This document shows, piece by piece, positions 36,160 to 42,228 of a stretch of DNA of 42,228 nt. Below the pieces are notes generated by a model. The model searched no databases, was not told where the DNA came from, and saw nothing but the letters and a program-made list of their open reading frames with translations. The stretch's first letter is position 1, and each line of letters opens with the position of its first letter. The stretch is from a virus. Its lineage: Duplodnaviria; Heunggongvirae; Uroviricota; Caudoviricetes. Where the stretch lies: IMG/VR virus record IMGVR_UViG_648861009_000010. The stretch is one strand, 5' to 3'. Made by a program: the position numbers and the translations under genes.

Positions 36160-36390
36160 TCATGAGTAGAAGAAGTATGCCAGTTCTGCTTTTGAGCGCA
36201 ACCATTGTCTTGTTTTACAGGCTTTAAAAAGCCCATTCATCAATACTTTACCTGGCATTTTGCGCTTACCTGTTAAGTGAGTCTGGATATAATGACTCGT
36301 CGTTCCGGCTTCCTGTGCGAAGGCTTCACGCTCATCCGGAGTAAGTGCAAGCCAGTGCTTTTTGAAATCGAAATGTCCGTTATCGCTCAT
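36160..36390 (-). CDS. Cro-like HTH regulator
   Basis: 76 aa; HTH-like segment EAFAQEAGTTSHYIQTHLTGKRK; divergent from the repressor gene across an operator-rich region. Confidence 0.5.
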   Translation of the reverse strand: MSDNGHFDFKKHWLALTPDEREAFAQEAGTTSHYIQTHLTGKRKMPGKVLMNGLFKACKTRQWLRSKAELAYFFYS

Positions 36391-36426
36391 AGCTATTGCC
36401 TGATATTTATTTCAGATAATAAATAT

Positions 36427-36489
36427 TCACCCATAAGGTAACAAAAATCAAGGATAGTTACCTATGGGGTGCATTTACCTGTTGGGTAA
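36427..36489. promoter_or_regulatory. Immunity-region operator cluster (three TTACC-N5-GGTAA-type sites)
   Basis: TCACC-CATAA-GGTAA (36427-36441), TTACC-TATGG-GGTGC (36458-36472), perfect TTACC-TGTTG-GGTAA (36475-36489); an imperfect site TTACC-TTTGA-GGTAC lies at 36090-36104. Confidence 0.6.
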
Positions 36490-36544
36490 TATTGCTTTAA
36501 ATTGAATCATCTACTGATTCATATATGAGGCGATTTTCCAGAAA

Positions 36545-37129
36545 ATGAAAAGTATCCAGGACGTCCGCAGGCAAAATCTCAACGACTTGATCGACCGTGA
36601 ATTCAATGGTGTTCAGACGCGGATGGCTGAAAAACTTGGAACTCAGGCAAATCTGGTAAACCGCTGGGCTCTTGGCAAGAAGGTTATCGGCGACCAGGTT
36701 GCGCGAAAAATTGAAGCTGCCGCCAATAAACCCCGTAACTGGCTTGATATCGATCGCTCGCTTTCTCAGGAAGGTTTTCAGCCTGTCGGCCCTAGCGACA
36801 TTGGTCAGCTGGCGGCTCACAACCTGGAACGCTGGATGAGCGAAAGCCGCGACCTTTCAACGCAGGGAAAACTACACCGCGCATCCGGCGTCGCCCAGGT
36901 GACAATCAGCCGCCTGTTAAACAATGAGGTCAGCGTTTCCATTTCCACCCTGGAGAATGTTGCATCCGCATTCGGGCGTCACGGCTATGAATTACTGATT
37001 CACCCGCACGACCCTGCGACCATCAACTATGATCGCTCGCGCTACGCATTGTTACCCGAAACCGAGAAAGCAAAGATCGAAAGTTACATTGAATTTGTCA
37101 TCAACCAGAACGAAAAAAACAAACAATAA
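36545..37129 (+). CDS. Prophage repressor candidate: two XRE-type HTH-like segments, no LexA-like (S24) cleavage domain
   Basis: 194 aa; HTH-like TRMAEKLGTQANLVNRWALGKKVIGDQVARKIEAA and RASGVAQVTISRLLNNEVSVSISTLENVASAFG; no Ala-Gly / Ser-Lys peptidase motifs; own terminator. Confidence 0.55.
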   Translation: MKSIQDVRRQNLNDLIDREFNGVQTRMAEKLGTQANLVNRWALGKKVIGDQVARKIEAAANKPRNWLDIDRSLSQEGFQPVGPSDIGQLAAHNLERWMSESRDLSTQGKLHRASGVAQVTISRLLNNEVSVSISTLENVASAFGRHGYELLIHPHDPATINYDRSRYALLPETEKAKIESYIEFVINQNEKNKQ

Positions 37130-37150
37130 AATCATACTTTTCAGTAAGTA

Positions 37151-37176
37151 AGCCGCCTTCTGGCGGCTTTTTTATT
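37151..37176 (+). terminator. Rho-independent terminator after the repressor gene
   Basis: agccgcc-ttct-ggcggct hairpin followed by TTTTTATT. Confidence 0.8.
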
Positions 37177-37186
37177 GCCTATACTA

Positions 37187-37201
37187 TTACCTAATGGGTA
37201 A
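37187..37201. promoter_or_regulatory. Operator-like palindrome TTACC-TAATG-GGTAA (pL-like region)
   Basis: Perfect arms, upstream of TTGACA at 37221. Confidence 0.55.
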
Positions 37202-37248
37202 TTTTTTTAACTCATATCTATTGACATCAAACCAAATACGCATAATTA

Positions 37249-37263
37249 TTACCTCAACGGTAA
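37249..37263. promoter_or_regulatory. Operator-like palindrome TTACC-TCAAC-GGTAA overlapping the -10/+1 of the early-left promoter
   Basis: Perfect arms; TTGACA 37221-37226, -10-like ATAATT about 15 bp downstream, ORF start at 37283. Confidence 0.55.
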
Positions 37264-37282
37264 CAGACCGAGGTAACAAGTT

Positions 37283-37435
37283 ATGCAGTGGAAAATCATC
37301 AACGGTTGGTACTGCGTTACTGCATGCGGATTCATGAGCTGGAAGTTCCGCACCTTACAGGAAGGCATTAAGTGGGCTTTCGTCAGCAAAGAAGCTCGCG
37401 ATGTGGCCAACGATAACGAGATATGGGAGGGCTGA
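37283..37435 (+). CDS. Small protein (50 aa), first gene of the early-left operon
   Basis: ATG with SD GAGGT at 8 nt; MQWKIINGWYCVTACGFMSWKFRTLQEGIKWAFVSKEARDVANDNEIWEG. Confidence 0.45.
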   Translation: MQWKIINGWYCVTACGFMSWKFRTLQEGIKWAFVSKEARDVANDNEIWEG

Positions 37436-37437
37436 TA

Positions 37438-37737
37438 ATGAACGTTAATCAGCAGAAAAATCTTCAAAAAATCATGCTGGCATTCGACAAGGACTACAGC
37501 CTGTCAGAACAGCTATATGACCGACAAGTTGAACTGATTGAGAGTATCCGGCTTCATCAACTGGCATCAACTTTCGACGTTGTAACAGTTAAAGGCGTTC
37601 GCCAGGAAGTACTGGAGGCCGCTAAAGACAGCCCTGAGTTCGAAGAACTAATGGATGCCTACCGGCGCGAGGCAATGGCAATTATCGCCCGCTGGGATCT
37701 GGCTGATCAGATTGATGGGCAGAGGGACGCGGCATGA
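37438..37737 (+). CDS. Hypothetical early protein (99 aa)
   Basis: ATG with SD GGGAGGG; coupled to the upstream and downstream genes. Confidence 0.55.
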   Translation: MNVNQQKNLQKIMLAFDKDYSLSEQLYDRQVELIESIRLHQLASTFDVVTVKGVRQEVLEAAKDSPEFEELMDAYRREAMAIIARWDLADQIDGQRDAA

Positions 37738-38555
37738 ATCCGGGAATTTATTTCGATATCAGCAACGAGGACTACCACGCCGGTGACGGCGTGAGTAAGT
37801 CGCAGCTAGATATGGTGGCTAAGAACCCTGCCCTTCTGAAATGGGTGAAGGCTGCTCCGGAAGACGAAGAGAAGAAGTCTGCACTGGACATGGGTACTGC
37901 TCTGCACTGTCTGCTTCTGGAACCTGGAGAGTTTGACAAACGCTTCATCGTTTCACCGAAATTCGATCGTCGGACAAAACAAGGTAAAGCTGACGAAGAG
38001 GCATTTCTTCGTGATGTAGCGGATATGGGGATTACGGTACTTGATGCCGAGCAGTGGCGGAAACTGGAGCTGATGCGTGATAGCGCAATGGCTCACCCGG
38101 CGGCACGCTGGATGCTGGAAGCACCTGGTTACTGCGAAGCATCAATGTACTGGAACGATGAAGAGACTGGTGAGTTGTGCCGCATTCGTCCAGACAAATG
38201 GCTGAACGAGCACAACGTGATCGTCGACGTGAAAAAGGTTGCAGATATGGACCGTTTTGCACGCCACATCGAGGAATTCCGCTACCACGTGCAGGACGCA
38301 ATGTACCGCGAAGGCGCAATGAGGGTTACTGGTCAGCCGCATGGTTTTTTCTTTCTTGCCGTGAGCGAAAGCATTGATTGTGGTCGGTATCCGGTACGCG
38401 TGTTCGAGCTGGATGCGCCGGATGTCGATGCCGGTCACGATCTGTTCCGCCGGGATCTGAATACCTATCACGAATGCCGCATCAACGATGAGTGGGGCGG
38501 AGTGGAAATTATTAAACGCCCTGACTGGGCACGTAAACAGGATATGTACGTATGA
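37734..38555 (+). CDS. PD-(D/E)XK family exonuclease (RecE C-terminal-domain-like)
   Basis: 273 aa; IVDVKK motif in a D...(D/E)xK context; directly upstream of the annealase gene. Confidence 0.65.
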   Translation: MNPGIYFDISNEDYHAGDGVSKSQLDMVAKNPALLKWVKAAPEDEEKKSALDMGTALHCLLLEPGEFDKRFIVSPKFDRRTKQGKADEEAFLRDVADMGITVLDAEQWRKLELMRDSAMAHPAARWMLEAPGYCEASMYWNDEETGELCRIRPDKWLNEHNVIVDVKKVADMDRFARHIEEFRYHVQDAMYREGAMRVTGQPHGFFFLAVSESIDCGRYPVRVFELDAPDVDAGHDLFRRDLNTYHECRINDEWGGVEIIKRPDWARKQDMYV

Positions 38556-39433
38556 GCAATGATATCGCAATCACATCACAACCAGGCGCAACTGTAGGTA
38601 CTGCTGCGGCAATCTTCAGCCCGGAGGGCATGAATCAACTGGTGCGTTTCGCGGAGTTGATGTCACAAAGCAAAGAGACTGTACCGGAACATCTTGAAGG
38701 CAAACCTGCCGATTGTCTGGCGGTGACCATGCAGGCGGCACAGTGGGGAATGAACCCTTTCGCCGTGGCGCAGAAAACGCATGTGGTAAACGGAAAGTTA
38801 GGCTACGAAGCACAGTTGGTAAACGCGGTCGTATCCTCTTCCAGCCTGCTAGCGACACGCCTGAATTATCGCTGGAGCGGTGACTGGTCGAATGTTAACG
38901 GCAAAACAGATAAATCACCGAATCTGACGGTAACTGTGTCAGCAGTTCTTAAAGGAGAAGCAGAACCCCGTGAGCTTACCATCAGTATGGCGCAAGCCGG
39001 AGTGCGTAACTCTCCATTGTGGGAACAGGATCCGCGCCAGCAGCTTGCCTATCTTTGCACGAAACGATGGGCTCGCCTGCACGCTCCTGATGTGCTTCTC
39101 GGTGTTTATACCCCTGACGAATTACAGGAAACGGCACCGCGCGTTGAGCGAGACATTACTCCGCAAACAACTACTGCTGCGGGAATGAACAGTCTGATCA
39201 ACGCTAAACCAGTGAAAAAGCCTGATGAGCAAACTCGTAAAGCGGATAGCCGTGATCCAGAAGAAATGCTGATGGCCTTTACCAGCGCAGCGATGAATTA
39301 CAGCACTGTCTCCGAACTGGATAAGGCTTACAAATACATTGCACAAAAACTTTCAGATGATGACGAACTGCTGGCAAAAGCCACCGACGTTTACAGCGTT
39401 CGTCGGGAAGAATTAAACGAAACATCTATGTAA
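38552..39433 (+). CDS. Single-strand annealing protein, Red-beta/RecT family
   Basis: 293 aa; GMNPFA and ERDITPQ segments resemble lambda Bet (GLNPWT, ERDITPV). Confidence 0.7.
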   Translation: MSNDIAITSQPGATVGTAAAIFSPEGMNQLVRFAELMSQSKETVPEHLEGKPADCLAVTMQAAQWGMNPFAVAQKTHVVNGKLGYEAQLVNAVVSSSSLLATRLNYRWSGDWSNVNGKTDKSPNLTVTVSAVLKGEAEPRELTISMAQAGVRNSPLWEQDPRQQLAYLCTKRWARLHAPDVLLGVYTPDELQETAPRVERDITPQTTTAAGMNSLINAKPVKKPDEQTRKADSRDPEEMLMAFTSAAMNYSTVSELDKAYKYIAQKLSDDDELLAKATDVYSVRREELNETSM

Positions 39434-39482
39434 CCACCACCGCGGCGCCACGCGCGCCGCACTGCAACCAAGAGAGGTATTT

Positions 39483-39731
39483 ATGAAAGGTGCATTAGGT
39501 AAGAAGGAACTCCTGGCGGTGGTGCCACTGTCATGGAGCACTATCGACCGTATGGAGCGCGCAGGGGAATTTCCTAAACGCTGGTATATCACCGACAAAC
39601 GCTGCGCATGGAACCGTGACGAAGTTGAGCGTTGGCTTGATGAACGTCAGGCAGCAAGCCCGGCAGAGTTCCAGGGTAAAAAACCTCCTGTTCAGCAACG
39701 TGTATATCGTCCTGTGAGCAACGCTGCATGA
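39483..39731 (+). CDS. AlpA-family HTH regulator / excisionase candidate
   Basis: 82 aa; LSWSTIDRMERAGEFPKRWYITDKRCAWNRDEVERWL matches the AlpA/Xis-type pattern. Confidence 0.7.
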   Translation: MKGALGKKELLAVVPLSWSTIDRMERAGEFPKRWYITDKRCAWNRDEVERWLDERQAASPAEFQGKKPPVQQRVYRPVSNAA

Positions 39732-39840
39732 GTGTGCTGCTAAGACACTGGAGCAAATGGTCAGGATGGTACTTATTCCTGGCCTCTGTTTCAGCATGGC
39801 TTTATCTGCTGGCATTAATTTTCAGAGAGGGTTGGATTAA

Positions 39841-40140
39841 GTGAGAAAGTTAAGCCGACTTGAAAAATATCACATGAATAAGGTTTCAATGCGCAGTCCG
39901 TCAAAGATTGTCGCCGTTACTCCTGCGGCGATAGAGATCGAAAAACGCGCGATTGAAAGAGAGAAAAAAGGGCAATTCCGAATTGCCGCCTACCTTTGGC
40001 TTCAGTGTATGGATGTTGCTTCTGGTGATGTTGAGCGTGCAAGGATCGCGGTTCGCAGGGACCAATGTATCACAAAAGGTAACGGCCTTCGCCGTGGCGA
40101 CTATAGCGGCATAGGATGTTGTGGGGTGGTTTATGACTAA
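39841..40140 (+). CDS. Hypothetical protein
   Basis: 99-aa ORF (GTG at 39841 or ATG at 39874). Confidence 0.4.
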   Translation: MRKLSRLEKYHMNKVSMRSPSKIVAVTPAAIEIEKRAIEREKKGQFRIAAYLWLQCMDVASGDVERARIAVRRDQCITKGNGLRRGDYSGIGCCGVVYD

Positions 40141-40783
40141 GAAATACACACTAATCTATGCAGATCCACCCTGGGTATACCGGGACAAAGCCGCAGATGG
40201 TAATCGCGGTGCCGGTTTTAAATATCCGGTTATGAGTGTGCTGGATATCTGCCGCCTTCCTGTGTGGGATTTGGCCGATGAAAACTGTCTGTTGGCCATG
40301 TGGTGGGTGCCAACACAACCACTCGAAGCACTAAAAGTTGTTGAAGCCTGGGGATTCCGTCTGATGACGATGAAGGGCTTCACGTGGATAAAATGTGGTA
40401 GTCGACAACCAGATAAACTTGTTATGGGTATGGGACACATGACTCGCGCCAATAGTGAAGATTGCCTGTTTGCGGTAAAGGGAAAACTACCTACGCGCAT
40501 TAATGCAGGGATCGTTCAGTCATTTACCGCACCGCGGCTTGAGCATTCAAGAAAGCCAGATATCGTTCGTGAAAAACTTGTGCAATTATTAGGCGATGTT
40601 TCTCGCATTGAACTGTTCGCCCGCCAGACGTCTCATGGCTTCGATGTTTGGGGTAATCAGTGCGAAGACCCGGCAGTGCAACTACACCCTGGATACGCGT
40701 TGGATATTGGCGGATTAACAAATGCATTCAGCAATGCTCCGCTGTCACCAACAGACAACCAGGGACGGGAGCGTGCTGCATGA
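40133..40783 (+). CDS. MT-A70 family DNA N6-adenine methyltransferase, orphan
   Basis: ATG 40133 with SD GGGGTGG; catalytic DPPW motif in MTKKYTLIYADPPWVY; no adjacent restriction endonuclease gene. Confidence 0.75.
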   Translation: MTKKYTLIYADPPWVYRDKAADGNRGAGFKYPVMSVLDICRLPVWDLADENCLLAMWWVPTQPLEALKVVEAWGFRLMTMKGFTWIKCGSRQPDKLVMGMGHMTRANSEDCLFAVKGKLPTRINAGIVQSFTAPRLEHSRKPDIVREKLVQLLGDVSRIELFARQTSHGFDVWGNQCEDPAVQLHPGYALDIGGLTNAFSNAPLSPTDNQGRERAA

Positions 40784-40974
40784 ACAGGGCATCACCAGCA
40801 GATTTAAGAAAATGCCTTGAAACTGCAAACATGCTTGCACACAGCGGGATCAGGTTTGTTCCAATTCCCGCTGTCACTGATGCTGAATTTGCAACACTGT
40901 CAGCAATATTCGAAAACAAAATTGAATCACTGGCAGCAGAAGCAGAGATGGAAGAAAATCAGCAGAACTATTAA
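40780..40974 (+). CDS. Small hypothetical protein, translationally coupled to the methyltransferase
   Basis: ATG overlaps the methyltransferase stop (ATGA); 64 aa. Confidence 0.45.
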   Translation: MNRASPADLRKCLETANMLAHSGIRFVPIPAVTDAEFATLSAIFENKIESLAAEAEMEENQQNY

Positions 40975-40977
40975 ACG

Positions 40978-42228
40978 TTATTCCCCCGCCATCCACTTCT
41001 CAAACTTCGACGGGGAGAACGGAATCAGATCCGTATGCTCCCCGTCAATCCATGAATCAATCATATCGGCCCACTGCTGCAACATGTAGGCGCGCTGTCT
41101 GGCGTATTCCGCTTTGTTATATACGGCGCGCACACCTTTCTGCTCATGTGCCAGAGCCTTTTCAATCCAGTCTGAAGGATAACCAGCCTCATGCAACAAC
41201 GTACTGGCTGTACGGCGCATATCATGTACAGTGAAGTCCTGAATATGCTCACCATCTTCATTTATTATTTTCACCGTTCTGTCGATCAGAGAGTTCAGCG
41301 CGGCATTAGATAATGGCTTCCGGAAATTGTAACGACCAGGAACCAGATATTCACTTCCACCAGCGCACATCTGCAACCCGACCAATATATCCTGTGCCTG
41401 TTTAGGCAGGTAAATAACGTGCGCCCGGCTTCCCTTCATGCGGTCTGGAGGAATTGTCCATGTCCATTTTTTAAAATCTATTTCGTCCCACGTTGCATTG
41501 GTGAATTCGCCTTTACGAACCATAGTGATAAGCACCAGCTTTAAAGCCATTTTCATAGTGCCCATAGCACCAATGGCATCCAGCGTGCGGAAGAACAGAC
41601 CAATTTCTTCTGGTGTCAGTGTTCGCTCTCGTGGTTTAAATATGGCGATAGACGAAGGTTTAATGTCAGCCGCAGGATTAAACAAACCATGACCACGGTC
41701 ATTGGCGTGACGGTATACGCTGCTAATGATCTCCCTGGCCTGTACTGCTGTTGCCCGACCACCGCGTTCGACAATCCGGTCACACAAATCACGAACCATC
41801 GATGTGGTAATTTCAGTCATCATTTTGTTGCCAAGAACAGGAAGTATGTCACGGTCGATCACTGCCTGCTTCATTGCGCGGGTACTTTCAGCCAGGATGA
41901 CGTGTTTCATATAACTGTCGGTATGTACCGCAAACGTCTCGGCACCACGAATCTTTTTGATACCGTCACGTTTAGCCGCAGCCGGCGACTGGCCTGCTTT
42001 AAGCAGCTTCTTTGCAGCAATCAGTTCTTCTCGCGCTTCTGCCAGGCTGATACCGTCACGCCCATACTGCCCGATTACCAGTGTTTCGCGGCGACCGTTG
42101 ATACGGTAGTCATAGCGAAACGAGACCGTACCTGACGTAAGCACAGCTACATACAGCCCGTCACGATCGGAAACTTTGTACAGTTTGTCCTGTGGCTTGA
42201 GGTTCTTTAATTTTGTATCGGTAAGCAC
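40978..42228 (-). CDS. int: Tyrosine integrase, P4-like (N-terminus at the window edge, start codon possibly just outside)
   Basis: N-terminal LTDTKLKNLKP domain, catalytic-region motifs HDMRRTASTLL and VRAVYNKAEY; convergent with the early-left operon. Confidence 0.85.
   Translation of the reverse strand: MLTDTKLKNLKPQDKLYKVSDRDGLYVAVLTSGTVSFRYDYRINGRRETLVIGQYGRDGISLAEAREELIAAKKLLKAGQSPAAAKRDGIKKIRGAETFAVHTDSYMKHVILAESTRAMKQAVIDRDILPVLGNKMMTEITTSMVRDLCDRIVERGGRATAVQAREIISSVYRHANDRGHGLFNPAADIKPSSIAIFKPRERTLTPEEIGLFFRTLDAIGAMGTMKMALKLVLITMVRKGEFTNATWDEIDFKKWTWTIPPDRMKGSRAHVIYLPKQAQDILVGLQMCAGGSEYLVPGRYNFRKPLSNAALNSLIDRTVKIINEDGEHIQDFTVHDMRRTASTLLHEAGYPSDWIEKALAHEQKGVRAVYNKAEYARQRAYMLQQWADMIDSWIDGEHTDLIPFSPSKFEKWMAGE

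Noticed and set aside
7298-37263. TTACC-N5-GGTAA as RNA hairpins or terminators
   Set aside because: The arms are invariant while loops vary and there is no T-run; conserved arms fit protein-DNA recognition rather than RNA structure

Overview
The window is almost entirely one temperate prophage (about 2.34 kb to beyond the right edge at 42,228) in an enterobacterial chromosome, with two host envelope genes and an IS200 copy at the left. On the minus strand, right to left, it carries: a P4-type tyrosine integrase at the right edge, lambdoid early-right genes (Cro-like, O-like initiator with embedded iterons, lambda P-like helicase loader, nin-like small genes), a packaging and head module (TerS, TerL, portal, scaffold, major capsid), a T7-like podovirus tail and ejection module, a tailspike, and a lysis cassette (holin-like proteins, GH19-type endolysin, Rz with embedded Rz1). 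On the plus strand it carries a repressor gene followed by a recombination and excision operon (PD-(D/E)XK nuclease, Red-beta/RecT-like annealase, AlpA-like regulator, MT-A70 methyltransferase), an intact tRNA-Arg(UCU) between TerL and portal, and an accessory island between the ejection genes and the tailspike. The observations most worth follow-up are: (i) a LexA box in front of a small gene paralogous to the C-terminal domain of the adjacent BRO-N antirepressor-like protein, paired with a repressor that lacks a LexA-like cleavage domain; (ii) a conserved 15-bp palindrome TTACC-N5-GGTAA at ten or more promoter-proximal sites across the prophage; (iii) an AT-rich, operator-controlled two-gene moron of unknown function whose arginines are all AGA/AGG, alongside the phage tRNA-Arg(UCU); (iv) a 12-bp perfect palindrome GTGACATGTCAC present three times. 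The sequence is a draft scaffold: three N-runs (1542-1930, 5608-5748, 21019-21476), two flanked by duplicated contig ends, break the IS200 transposase, the tailspike and the head-tail genes. All homology statements are from recollection of protein families and were not verified by search.
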